Below are positions 8,329-18,113 of a stretch of 33,970 bases of DNA, one piece after another. The stretch covers positions 1 through 33,970 of the forward strand of contig JAGCRJ010000013.1 in NCBI GenBank assembly GCA_017964745.1, given 5' to 3'. Below the pieces are notes generated by a model. That model did not search any database and was not told the origin of the DNA. It saw nothing but the letters and a program-made list of their open reading frames with translations. The DNA comes from Lachnospiraceae bacterium (GTDB lineage: Bacteria; Bacillota; Clostridia; Lachnospirales; Lachnospiraceae). Numbering within the stretch: the stretch's first letter is position 1; each line of letters starts with the position of its first letter. The position numbers and the translations under genes were made by a program.

Positions 8329-11018
8329 AAAAGACCAGAGCCAAAAAATTAATGTTCCATCTCGGAATGCACTTATGTGCATTTATTTCCGTACTCTTTC
8401 TGGCCGATATATTTTTCTGCAGTTATATTTCCGTAAGCTATCTCGGCGGAGATTCCAGGTATGCGCTTAATCCCTTCCCCTCTCAGGAGACGGAAGAGAT
8501 CGACGGTATTATCACGGATATCTTCTCCCGTCAGGCATCGGATATCATGAAATATACCGCGGCAAAGGAAATACTCGGAGCTCAGAACGGTATAAAGGAT
8601 AACCGTATCGTGGAACTGTCCGATTATTATCACGGTGCCTATAAGGTAAGCATCAAGCTCTATCTTTCCGATCTTATCAACCTGGGCAGAAGAGGTATCG
8701 AATATACCGAAAGAAGTCTTACCGTACAGGACTTTGTTTATTATTTCGGTGACCCCCTCTATGCGGAAAATTTCGCTCTCGATCCTTACGGAAATCTATA
8801 TTTTGTCGGTTTCGAGACTCTGAACAGATATAAGTTCTCGGAGAAATATACCATTAATGTGACCGAAGAAGATGAAGAGGGTGCGGACGAGAATGTCGTA
8901 AAGGCTATACGCAACACTGCTCCTTCCGATCTGATCAACCTTGTTGCCCAGTACTGTGTAAGGGAATATCCCGAGCTTGTCTCATTGTCCAGCTGGGAAG
9001 ACGGAATGATCTATGTCACCTTCAAGGAGCCCATTATCGATGATGCCGGCTTTAATTCGTTTATGAGCTATAAGGAATCCATCCGCAACTGGGACGGATA
9101 TTTTACGGCCATTGATGAACTTAAGGTAACTTCCTCACTCTTTTCGGCAGCATATGATGTTTACAGGGAAGGCGAGAAGCTTTATGAAAACGAAAATTCA
9201 AATCTTGTATATACCATAAGGACCAAGGATGCCGAGGGAAATACCAGGGTTTATACGAATTATCCCGATTCGAAGAAATACGATGATGCTTCGCTTGCCG
9301 ATATTTTCTCAAGCCATCTGCATTACATCATATGTTATTATGACGATCTTGAGTATTCGACTCTTTCCGATATCCCTGAGAATGTCATCACCGATTCCAT
9401 AATGATCTATCCCGATGTCTATCCCGACAATACCCATGTCTGGATGTATATTGACGATACGACCTCCAGGGCAAACGATATCTATTACGACCTGCTCTAC
9501 AGATACGATTCCGTAAAACAGATCTCGGGCGTATTCATGATAGTTATCGCATTCCTTACCTTTATCTATCTTGCTCTTTTCGTTTATCTGCTCTTTATCA
9601 CCGGTGTCGAATATACGGATGAAGGAGAAGAGTTCAGGGTCTTCCCTCAGGACAAGATCTGGATCGAGGTTATGGCTGCATTTGCCATCGGTGCATTTTT
9701 CCTGGGCAGATTCTATTTCGATTATCTGAAGCAGCTTATCAATGTTAATTATTGCAGGGTGACCTTTGAAAACGGAGGTCCCTTCAAAAATGCCGGAATA
9801 TCTTCTTATCTTATATTCGGCATGTTCGGATTCCTGCTTTCACTTACCGGAGCATTTATCATTTTCTCCTTTGTAAGAAGGATAAGGGCAGGCGTTCTAT
9901 TTGAGTATTCGTTTCTCAAAAGGATAAAGATGTTCTTCGACTGGTTCGCTTTCATTTATTCGGGCGGTTCATCGGCTTCGTGGTACATTCTCATTCCTTA
10001 CGTGGCTTTCCTTATCGTTAATGTCGGCGGCACGATCTATGGCATGATGAATCTCGATAATGTGGCGATATCCGCGATCGTGTTCTCGGTGCTTGTTCTG
10101 GTCGACATCTTCGTCGGCATCACACTTTTCCTTGTGACCGCCGAAAAGAAGGAGCTGCTTGACGGAATTGCCAGGATAAGGGCCGGTGAAGTCGATTACA
10201 AGATAGATGTATCGAACCTCCGCTATGAGAACAGAAATCTTGCAGACAGCATCAACAATATCGGAGACGGTATCAAGACGGCGGTCGAATCCTCACTTAT
10301 GGAAGAGCAGTTAAGGTCCGAACTCATAACCAATGTTTCGCATGACCTCAAGACGCCTCTTACCTCGATAATCAACTATTCAGATCTTCTGAAGAGGGAC
10401 AACCTTACCGAGGAAAAGAAAAAGGAATACCTTTCAGTCATCGGGGATAAATCCATCAAGCTCAAAAAGCTTCTTGAAGATCTTCTCGAAGCATCGAAGC
10501 TTTCTTCCGGTCAGGTTGAGCTGAAGAGGGAAAAGACGGATCTTACCGAGCTTTTGAACCAGGCGCTCGGAGAATATGAGGGCAGATTCAGGAATTCGAA
10601 GCTCGAGCTCGTTACCAACGATTTCCCCAGGGCATTCATATATACCGATCCCGGCTGCACCTGGAGGATATTCGATAATATATTCGAAAACATCTGTAAG
10701 TATGCGATGAGCGGAACCAGGATCTATGTCGATTACACCGCATCCGAGGGTGTTGCTTATATCAAGATCAAGAATGTCTCCGCGATAAGACCGAGATTCC
10801 AGGGCGATGAGCTTACGGAAAGGTTTATCAGAGGAGATGAGAGCAGGAGCGGCGAAGGAAGCGGACTCGGTCTGTTTATCGCAAAAAGCCTTACACAGGC
10901 GCAGGGCGGAACCTTCAAGGTCATAGTTGACGGCGATATGTTCGTCACCGATATCTCCATCCCCGAGTTCAGCTCCGAGCTTGAAGAAAAAAGTACAAAC
11001 CGCGGCGAAGAACAATAA
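8325..11018 (+). CDS. Membrane sensor histidine kinase (large extracytoplasmic domain, multi-TM, HAMP-like, HisKA, HATPase_c)
   Basis: H box NVSHDLKTPLTSI, N box NIFENICKYA, F box LTERFIRGDESR, G2 box GEGSGLGL; start overlaps the regulator stop. Confidence 0.93.
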   Translation: MKKTRAKKLMFHLGMHLCAFISVLFLADIFFCSYISVSYLGGDSRYALNPFPSQETEEIDGIITDIFSRQASDIMKYTAAKEILGAQNGIKDNRIVELSDYYHGAYKVSIKLYLSDLINLGRRGIEYTERSLTVQDFVYYFGDPLYAENFALDPYGNLYFVGFETLNRYKFSEKYTINVTEEDEEGADENVVKAIRNTAPSDLINLVAQYCVREYPELVSLSSWEDGMIYVTFKEPIIDDAGFNSFMSYKESIRNWDGYFTAIDELKVTSSLFSAAYDVYREGEKLYENENSNLVYTIRTKDAEGNTRVYTNYPDSKKYDDASLADIFSSHLHYIICYYDDLEYSTLSDIPENVITDSIMIYPDVYPDNTHVWMYIDDTTSRANDIYYDLLYRYDSVKQISGVFMIVIAFLTFIYLALFVYLLFITGVEYTDEGEEFRVFPQDKIWIEVMAAFAIGAFFLGRFYFDYLKQLINVNYCRVTFENGGPFKNAGISSYLIFGMFGFLLSLTGAFIIFSFVRRIRAGVLFEYSFLKRIKMFFDWFAFIYSGGSSASWYILIPYVAFLIVNVGGTIYGMMNLDNVAISAIVFSVLVLVDIFVGITLFLVTAEKKELLDGIARIRAGEVDYKIDVSNLRYENRNLADSINNIGDGIKTAVESSLMEEQLRSELITNVSHDLKTPLTSIINYSDLLKRDNLTEEKKKEYLSVIGDKSIKLKKLLEDLLEASKLSSGQVELKREKTDLTELLNQALGEYEGRFRNSKLELVTNDFPRAFIYTDPGCTWRIFDNIFENICKYAMSGTRIYVDYTASEGVAYIKIKNVSAIRPRFQGDELTERFIRGDESRSGEGSGLGLFIAKSLTQAQGGTFKVIVDGDMFVTDISIPEFSSELEEKSTNRGEEQ

Positions 11019-11034
11019 AGCCCGCTGCCGTTTG

Positions 11035-11043
11035 TGTTATAAT
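11035..11043 (+). promoter_or_regulatory. Putative extended -10 promoter for the prs block
   Basis: TG-t-TATAAT in the 61-bp intergenic region; no good -35. Confidence 0.55.
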
Positions 11044-11079
11044 CTGTATCGAAAATGTATTTAGAACAGGAAAGAAATC

Positions 11080-12270
11080 ATGCCTAACGTACTGGAACTT
11101 GAAAACTCAATGCCCGTAGGGCAGCTCGGACTGTTGGTCCATCCTTCATTCGGAATGAAGGGAGACCGTGTGAATTCGTATCTTGCGTCATTCCGTAAGG
11201 ACATTCACAACGATCTGGTCAAGAACGATCCCGCATTCCAGGGATACCAGATGGACGATTACAGGGTTCCCTTTTCAATTCCGAGATTCGGAAGCGGAGA
11301 AGGAAAATGCCACATCCAGCAATCAACAAGAGGCAAGGATCTCTTTATTCTCGTGGATGTCACCAACCATTCGCTCACCTATAAGATGAACGGATTTGAG
11401 AACCATATGTCTCCCGATGACATATATCAGGATCTCAAGAGGATCATCGCCGCCATCGACGGAAAAGCATACCGTATCAATGTCATCATGCCCTTCCTCT
11501 ATGAAGGAAGACAGCACAGAAGACACGGCCGTGAATCCATGGACTGTGCTTATATGCTCAAGGAACTCAGCGATATGGGCATGGCCAATTTCATAACCTT
11601 CGATGCACACGATCCCAGGGTTCAGAATTCCATACCCCTTATCGGGTTTGATAATTTCATGCCTCCCTATCAGTTCATCAAGGCACTTCTTACAAATGAG
11701 GACGATCTTATCGTGGATGAGGACCATATGGTCGTAATCGCTCCCGATGAAGGCGCTCTCGAAAGAGCTATCTATTTTGCCAACGTTCTCGGTCTCAATA
11801 CCGGTACTTTCTATAAGAGACGTGATTATTCCAAGATCGTTAACGGCAAGAACCCCATTGTTGCTCATGAATTCCTCGGCGACAACATCGACAGCAAAGA
11901 TGTCGTCATAATCGATGACATGATCTCTTCGGGCGGTTCGATGGTTGATACCGCCAGACAGCTCAAGGAGATGAATGCAAGAAGAGTATTCATCTGTACC
12001 ACCTTCGGTCTTTTCACCGAGGGTCTCGATAATTTCGATAAGGCTTACGAGAAAGGTTATTTCGACAGGGTCATCACTACTAACCTGACTTACCTTCCTC
12101 CCGAGATCTATGACAGACCTTATTTCATAGAGGCCGATATGTGCAAGTTCATCGCTTCCATAATCGACTTTATGAACCATGATTCATCCATGTCCAATGT
12201 TATGGACAATACACAGAAGATGCATGCCGTTCTCGAGAGCTATAATGCACGTCTGAATGTAGAGATCTGA
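11080..12270 (+). CDS. prs: Ribose-phosphate pyrophosphokinase (long clostridial form)
   Basis: RFGSGEG, MPFLYEGRQH, TFDAHD, IAPDEG and PRPP-binding loop VVIIDDMISSGGSM. Confidence 0.92.
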   Translation: MPNVLELENSMPVGQLGLLVHPSFGMKGDRVNSYLASFRKDIHNDLVKNDPAFQGYQMDDYRVPFSIPRFGSGEGKCHIQQSTRGKDLFILVDVTNHSLTYKMNGFENHMSPDDIYQDLKRIIAAIDGKAYRINVIMPFLYEGRQHRRHGRESMDCAYMLKELSDMGMANFITFDAHDPRVQNSIPLIGFDNFMPPYQFIKALLTNEDDLIVDEDHMVVIAPDEGALERAIYFANVLGLNTGTFYKRRDYSKIVNGKNPIVAHEFLGDNIDSKDVVIIDDMISSGGSMVDTARQLKEMNARRVFICTTFGLFTEGLDNFDKAYEKGYFDRVITTNLTYLPPEIYDRPYFIEADMCKFIASIIDFMNHDSSMSNVMDNTQKMHAVLESYNARLNVEI

Positions 12271-12283
12271 TCCGGAGTCACAC

Positions 12284-13612
12284 TTGAGTAAAAGCCATGT
12301 CATCAAAAGCGTAAATAAAGGTTCGATCGCTGATTCGCTGGGCATTTTGCCCGGCGATATTGTAATCAGGATAGATGATCAGGAGATAGAGGATATCTTC
12401 GATTATCAGTTCTTCACCATGACCGATAATCTCATTCTTACCGTCCTTCGAGACGGCGAGGAATGGGAATATGACATCGAAAAGGGTGAGAACGAGGATC
12501 TTGGCATCGTGTTCGAAAACGGTCTGATGGACACATACAGGAGATGCTCGAACAACTGCATTTTCTGCTTTATAGACCAGATGCCTCCCGGAATGAGGGA
12601 CACCCTCTATTTCAAGGATGACGATTCGAGACTTTCCTTCCTTCAGGGTAACTATATAACCCTTACCAATCTGTCCGAAAAGGACTTAAACAGGATCGTC
12701 AGATACAATCTTTCCCCCGTAAACGTATCCGTTCATACGATGAACCCGGAACTCAGATGCAAGATGCTGGGTAACCGTTTTGCGGGTTCGTCGCTTTCAA
12801 AGCTTAATGTCCTTGCGGAAGCCGGCATCGAGATGAACGGACAGATAGTTCTCTGCAAGGGTATAAATGACGGCAAAGAGCTTGAATACTCCATTTCGGA
12901 GCTTATGAAGTTCATTCCTTCTTTCAGAAGCCTTTCTGTGGTACCCGTCGGCCTTTCCAAGTACCGCGACGGACTTTTCCACCTTGAACCCTTTGAAAAG
13001 GAAGACAGCATTGAGGTCATAGGCATCATCGAAAAATACCAGAAGATCGCTTATGAAAAATACGGAATTCATTTCGTTCACGCAAGTGACGAGTGGTACC
13101 TTACCGCAGAAATGGATCTGCCCGAAGCCGAACGCTATGACGGGTATCTCCAGATAGAAAACGGCGTCGGTATGATGCGTTCTTTCATAGACGAAACGGA
13201 TGAGCAGATCGCAAAGAGGGAAAAGGACGGAAGCTTTGAGACGGTCGACCGTTCAAGGCATATATCGCTGGTTACCGGTATGCTGGCATACCCGATTATC
13301 AGATCGACCGCCGAAAAGCTCGAATCAAGAGTGCCCGGACTTAAGCTTAATGTGATCCCCATAAGGAACGATTTCTTCGGTGAGAGGATCACGGTTTCGG
13401 GGCTTCTTACCGGCCGTGATATCATTGCCCAGTTAAAGGGCAGGGAACTGGGAACAGAGGTTCGCTTGCCCGAGTCCGTCGTGAGGGCCGGAACCGATAT
13501 TTTCCTTGATGATTACACGGTTTCACAGGTCTCGGATGCTTTACAAGTACGCATATATACGATAAAATCTAATGGTTACGACTTTGTTGATTCCTGCTTG
13601 GGGATCAGCTGA
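12284..13612 (+). CDS. PDZ + radical SAM-type Fe-S protein, DUF512 family
   Basis: N-terminal PDZ-like segment (GSIADSLGILPGD), CxxxCxxC motif CSNNCIFC, KDDDSRLSFLQGNYITLTN, QIENGVG, TVSGLLTG. TTG start with GGAG RBS. Confidence 0.88.
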   Translation: MSKSHVIKSVNKGSIADSLGILPGDIVIRIDDQEIEDIFDYQFFTMTDNLILTVLRDGEEWEYDIEKGENEDLGIVFENGLMDTYRRCSNNCIFCFIDQMPPGMRDTLYFKDDDSRLSFLQGNYITLTNLSEKDLNRIVRYNLSPVNVSVHTMNPELRCKMLGNRFAGSSLSKLNVLAEAGIEMNGQIVLCKGINDGKELEYSISELMKFIPSFRSLSVVPVGLSKYRDGLFHLEPFEKEDSIEVIGIIEKYQKIAYEKYGIHFVHASDEWYLTAEMDLPEAERYDGYLQIENGVGMMRSFIDETDEQIAKREKDGSFETVDRSRHISLVTGMLAYPIIRSTAEKLESRVPGLKLNVIPIRNDFFGERITVSGLLTGRDIIAQLKGRELGTEVRLPESVVRAGTDIFLDDYTVSQVSDALQVRIYTIKSNGYDFVDSCLGIS

Positions 13613-13645
13613 TATTTTTGTGTTTAAACAGGTATTTTTTCAGTT

Positions 13646-14971
13646 ATGAGTAGCAGACCCATAGTTGCCGTCGTCGGAAGACCGAATGTCGGAAAATCGA
13701 CACTTTTTAATGCCCTTGCCGGTGAAAGGATATCCATTGTAAAGGATACCCCCGGAATCACCAGGGACAGGATCTATGCCGACGTTTCATGGCTTAATTA
13801 CAATTTTACATTGATAGATACAGGCGGAATCGAGCCCGAGTCCAAGGATCTTCTTTTGTCATCCATGAGGGACCAGGCTCAGATCGCCATTGATACGGCG
13901 GATGTCATTCTTTTCGTCACCGATGTCAAGACCGGACTTCAGGATGCCGATTCGGGCGTATGCTCAATGCTCAGGAAGTCAAGAAAGCCGGTCATCCTTG
14001 TCGTAAACAAGGTTGATTCGTTCGAAAAGCAGCAGTCCGATGTTTATGAGTTCTACAATCTCGGAATAGGGGAGCCTTATCCCATTTCAGCCACCAATAT
14101 GCTCGGATTCGGCGAGCTTCTCGATAAGGTAGTAAGCTATTTCGAAGAAGATACTGAGGCTGCGGATGATGAGGATACTCCGAAGGTTGCCGTTATCGGA
14201 AAGCCCAATACCGGCAAGTCCTCACTTATCAACAAGCTTCTGGGTGAGAACAGACTCATAGTTTCGGATATTGCCGGTACAACCCGTGATGCCGTTGATA
14301 CAAGGGTTCAGTATGGCGATAAGGAATACATCTTTATCGATACCGCCGGTCTTCGCAGAAAGAACAAGATCAAGGATGATCTTGAGCATTATATGATCGT
14401 CAGGACCGTAAGTGCGGTCGAAAGAGCGGATATCGCCGTTCTTGTCATCGATGCTACGGAGGGCGTCACCGAACAGGACGCGAAGATCGCAGGTATTGCC
14501 CATGACCGCGGTAAAGCTGTCATCATCGCCGTCAACAAATGGGATGCCGTCAGCAAAGACGACAAGACAATATATAAATTCACTGAAAACGTCAGGAATA
14601 TACTTTCATTCATGCCTTATGCGGAGATCATCTTCATTTCCGCACTTACCGGACAGAGACTCGGCAAGCTCTTTGAGACTATTGATATGGTCAGGGAGAG
14701 CCAGGACAAGAGAGTCGGAACCGGTGCACTGAACGAGATACTTGCGGAAGCGGTTGCAATGCAGCAGCCTCCCAATGACAAGGGTAAGTTCCTTAAGCTG
14801 TATTACATTACCCAGGTCTCGAGCAGGCCGCCCACGTTCGTTATATTCGTGAATGACAAGGAACTGGCACATTTCTCATATATCAGATACATAGAGAATC
14901 AGGTACGTGAGAATTTCGGATTTAAGGGCACACCTCTCAAATTCATTGTCAGGGAAAGAAAAGGTGAATGA
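13646..14971 (+). CDS. der: Ribosome biogenesis GTPase Der (EngA)
   Basis: Two G domains (GRPNVGKS/DTGG/NKVD and GKPNTGKS/DTAG/NKWD) plus a KH-like C-terminus. Confidence 0.98.
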   Translation: MSSRPIVAVVGRPNVGKSTLFNALAGERISIVKDTPGITRDRIYADVSWLNYNFTLIDTGGIEPESKDLLLSSMRDQAQIAIDTADVILFVTDVKTGLQDADSGVCSMLRKSRKPVILVVNKVDSFEKQQSDVYEFYNLGIGEPYPISATNMLGFGELLDKVVSYFEEDTEAADDEDTPKVAVIGKPNTGKSSLINKLLGENRLIVSDIAGTTRDAVDTRVQYGDKEYIFIDTAGLRRKNKIKDDLEHYMIVRTVSAVERADIAVLVIDATEGVTEQDAKIAGIAHDRGKAVIIAVNKWDAVSKDDKTIYKFTENVRNILSFMPYAEIIFISALTGQRLGKLFETIDMVRESQDKRVGTGALNEILAEAVAMQQPPNDKGKFLKLYYITQVSSRPPTFVIFVNDKELAHFSYIRYIENQVRENFGFKGTPLKFIVRERKGE

Positions 14972-14972
14972 T

Positions 14973-15632
14973 ATGGCTCGTTTATGGTGCTTTCTCATCG
15001 GATACGCACTTGGACTCATCCAGACGGCATATATAGTCGGTAAATGCAAAGGCGTTGATATCAGGAATTACGGAAGCGGTAATTCCGGCACCACCAACGC
15101 ACTCAGGGTTCTTGGCACCAAGGCAGGACTTATTGTGTTTGCCGGAGATATGCTCAAGGCCATCATCACCACGCTCATTATCAGATTCACGTTCGCACAG
15201 ATGTATCCCGAACTCAGATTTCTGCTCATTCTCTACGGCGGAGCGGGATGCATTCTTGCCCACGATTTTCCTTTCTATATGCATTTCAAAGGAGGAAAGG
15301 GTATTGCTGCCACCGGCGGAATGATCCTGGCTTTTCACGGATCCTTCTTTTTCCCGGGGCTCGCATACTTTTTCGTTCCGTACCTTCTCACCCATTTTGT
15401 AAGTCTCGGATCCCTCATCCTTTATGCGGGTTTCTTTATACAGCTTGTAGTTACCTGTCAGATCAACCTTTTCGGTATATTTGACGGAATTCCCCAGGCT
15501 GTCAAAACAGAGATGTATATCATTGCTCTCTTTCTCATGATACTTGCATATTGGCAGCACCGATCAAACATCGTCAGGCTGATCAAGGGAGAAGAGAGAA
15601 AAACATATCTTAAGAAAAAGAATGAAGTATAA
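14973..15632 (+). CDS. plsY: Glycerol-3-phosphate acyltransferase PlsY
   Basis: Motifs GSGNSGTTN, HDFP...KGGKG and HRSNI; multi-TM. Start set at ATG 14973, just after the der stop, rather than 14907. Confidence 0.95.
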   Translation: MARLWCFLIGYALGLIQTAYIVGKCKGVDIRNYGSGNSGTTNALRVLGTKAGLIVFAGDMLKAIITTLIIRFTFAQMYPELRFLLILYGGAGCILAHDFPFYMHFKGGKGIAATGGMILAFHGSFFFPGLAYFFVPYLLTHFVSLGSLILYAGFFIQLVVTCQINLFGIFDGIPQAVKTEMYIIALFLMILAYWQHRSNIVRLIKGEERKTYLKKKNEV

Positions 15633-15653
15633 CATTCCCGAAAGGAGTCAGAT

Positions 15654-16658
15654 ATGGCAAAGGTAACGGTTCTCGGCGGAGGTACATGGGGTATAGGGCT
15701 TACCATTCTTCTTGCAAATGCAGGACATGATGTAATGGTATGGTCGGCTGTCGAATCCGAGATTGAAATGCTTTCCACCACTCATGCACACAAGATGCTT
15801 CCCGGAGCTACGATCCCCGAAAGCGTCAGATATACACTTGATGACAGGGAGGCCGTAACGGACAGGGATATCCTTGTCATGGCAGTTGCGTCTTCCTTTA
15901 CCAGAAAGACCGCAAAGAGGCTTGCTCCGCTCATTAAAGACGGACAGATCATAGTGGACGTGGCAAAGGGAATTGAGGAAGGAACTTTAGAGACTCTTTC
16001 AGAGCAGATAAGCGATGAGATACCTAATGCAGATGTATGCGTTCTTTCGGGTCCCACACATGCCGAAGAGGTTTCGAGACTAATGCCCACAACGATCGTT
16101 GTGGCATCCCATAACAAGGATACCGCTCTTTTTGTACAGGACGTATTCATGACGGAGACCTTCAGGGTTTATACAAGTTCTGATGTAAAGGGCGTTGAAC
16201 TCGGCGGATCCCTTAAGAATGTTGTTGCTCTTGCGGCGGGTATTGCCGACGGACTCGGCTACGGTGATAACGCAAAGGCTGCCCTTATCACAAGAGGAAT
16301 TGCGGAGATCTCCAGACTCGGAGTAAAGATGGGCTGCAGACCCGAAACCTTCAGCGGACTTACCGGAATGGGAGACCTGATAGTAACCTGTGCCAGCATG
16401 CATTCCCGTAACAGAAGATGCGGAATACTTCTCGGCGAAGGCAAGAGCCTTAAGGAAGCCCAGGAAGAAGTCGGAATGGTTGTTGAAGGAATCTATTCCG
16501 CAAAAGCTGCAATCGAACTCGGAAGGAAATATGAAGTTAGTCTTCCCATCATAGAACAGGTCAATCTGATCCTCTTCGAAGGAAAGGATGCCGGAGAAGC
16601 AGTCAAAGAACTTATGCTCAGGGAAAAGAAGGATGAAGTATCCGATACTCAGTGGTGA
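15654..16658 (+). CDS. gpsA: NAD(P)H-dependent glycerol-3-phosphate dehydrogenase
   Basis: GGGTWG, AKGIE, SGPTHAEEV, LKNVVALAAG, GDLIVTC.S.HSRNR; AAGGAG RBS. Confidence 0.97.
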   Translation: MAKVTVLGGGTWGIGLTILLANAGHDVMVWSAVESEIEMLSTTHAHKMLPGATIPESVRYTLDDREAVTDRDILVMAVASSFTRKTAKRLAPLIKDGQIIVDVAKGIEEGTLETLSEQISDEIPNADVCVLSGPTHAEEVSRLMPTTIVVASHNKDTALFVQDVFMTETFRVYTSSDVKGVELGGSLKNVVALAAGIADGLGYGDNAKAALITRGIAEISRLGVKMGCRPETFSGLTGMGDLIVTCASMHSRNRRCGILLGEGKSLKEAQEEVGMVVEGIYSAKAAIELGRKYEVSLPIIEQVNLILFEGKDAGEAVKELMLREKKDEVSDTQW

Positions 16659-18096
16659 TGCCTCTTTTCAAATTTTAATAATTTCCTCTGTTTTGATAAT
16701 CGCGGTGCTGTTTCTGACAGCATCCGGTACCTTTTACATCAAAATGAGGAAAAAGTATTTCCTTGAGAACATAAGATTAAATGAAAAGATCAGACAGATC
16801 GGCGATGACAGAAATATCTTATTGAGCAATCTGACCCGTGAAGTTAAAAGCGGGATGATCTCGGTGCTCGGAATGAACGAGCTGATCATCCGTGAAAGTC
16901 ATGATGACACTATCAGGGATCATGCATATCATATCAAAACATCCGGAGAGGATGTGATCGCCCTTATGCAGGGAACACTCGATTACACCAAGCTTGAACG
17001 CGGACTGATCGAGGTTCACAGGGAGGACATCGATCTTGCCTCACTGCTCATAGACGTTATAAGCGTTTCGGGTCCTTCACTTAGAAACAAGGGTATTATC
17101 CTTGATCTTTTACTTGATAAAGATACTCCCGGTATCATCAGGGGAGATTATGAGAAAACCAGACGATGTCTGATCAATCTCTTTTCTTTTATCAGCAAGA
17201 ATTCCACAAAAGGTTACGTTAAGTTTTCTTCTCTACACAAAGAGACCGGAGACGGAGAGTGCGAGATCACTTTCAGGATCGCATGCGAGTCTCTTTCTTC
17301 CGCTGCCACCAATCTCGAGAATCTTCTTTTAAACGGTCTTTCCGATAATAAACTTCTTTTTTCAAAGAAAGAAACCGGACTGCTTGAATTCTTCATCGCC
17401 GGCAATGTCATCAAAGCCATCGGGGGAGATTTCAAGGTGTTTGAGACTGTTGACGAAGAGGTTGCCTTCGACATATGCATCGTAACGGAGATCGTGGATG
17501 CGACCGGAATAGGTGATATCAACAAGGTTGTCAGAAAAAAGACCTTTGTCGACAGCGGTGAATCTGTCAGATTCTATTCTCCTTCTTCCAGGATCCTATA
17601 TGCGGAAAAGGACCGCAGCAGCATTTCCGTGATAAAGACTCTTCTTGAGCCCTCGGGAGTCACCATCGATGTTGCCTCGGACTGTGAAGAGGCGCTCACA
17701 CTGATAAGGATCAATGAGTATGATGTCATCTTTGCCGATCTTGATATGAAGGATGACAAGGGTATCAGGCTGATAAGACATATAAGGAGCGGTGAACCCA
17801 ACATACTCGATGTGAGAAAGCCCTGCATCGCCATAGTTGATGAATCGGATAAGATCTCCGAAGATGATATCGGAAGAGGAGGATTTACAGATACTGTTTC
17901 CAAACCTGTCAATCCCGCCACTTTTGAGGAGCTGATCATAAAGTATCTTCCCTCCGATAAGATCGATATAAATGACGAATCGTATTTTTGCCCCGGCATC
18001 AGATCGGAGCATGATATCAGAAAGTATTCCGAAGGTTATGACGACCTTTATAAGTCGGCTTTGGGAATTTACAAGAGAGCCAAGAATTACAGGTAA
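16633..18096 (+). CDS. Degenerate hybrid histidine-kinase-like protein (TM, His-less HisKA, degenerate HATPase_c, atypical receiver, truncated Hpt-like tail)
   Basis: H box reads LSNLTREVKSGMISVLGMNELI (His->Arg), N box NLFSFISK, no DxGxG, receiver RILYAEKD...IFADLDM...KPV. Start at ATG 16633 inferred (ORF track start 16588). Confidence 0.8.
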   Translation: MKYPILSGDASFQILIISSVLIIAVLFLTASGTFYIKMRKKYFLENIRLNEKIRQIGDDRNILLSNLTREVKSGMISVLGMNELIIRESHDDTIRDHAYHIKTSGEDVIALMQGTLDYTKLERGLIEVHREDIDLASLLIDVISVSGPSLRNKGIILDLLLDKDTPGIIRGDYEKTRRCLINLFSFISKNSTKGYVKFSSLHKETGDGECEITFRIACESLSSAATNLENLLLNGLSDNKLLFSKKETGLLEFFIAGNVIKAIGGDFKVFETVDEEVAFDICIVTEIVDATGIGDINKVVRKKTFVDSGESVRFYSPSSRILYAEKDRSSISVIKTLLEPSGVTIDVASDCEEALTLIRINEYDVIFADLDMKDDKGIRLIRHIRSGEPNILDVRKPCIAIVDESDKISEDDIGRGGFTDTVSKPVNPATFEELIIKYLPSDKIDINDESYFCPGIRSEHDIRKYSEGYDDLYKSALGIYKRAKNYR

Positions 18097-18113
18097 GCTA
18101 AGGTAAGGATAAG

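Noticed and set aside
11323-12180. 285-aa minus-strand ORF
   Set aside because: Lies entirely antisense to prs; explained by codon bias of the sense gene.
14907-14972. Longer N-terminus for plsY as in the ORF track
   Set aside because: Overlaps der by 65 bp; ATG 14973 gives a normal PlsY start.
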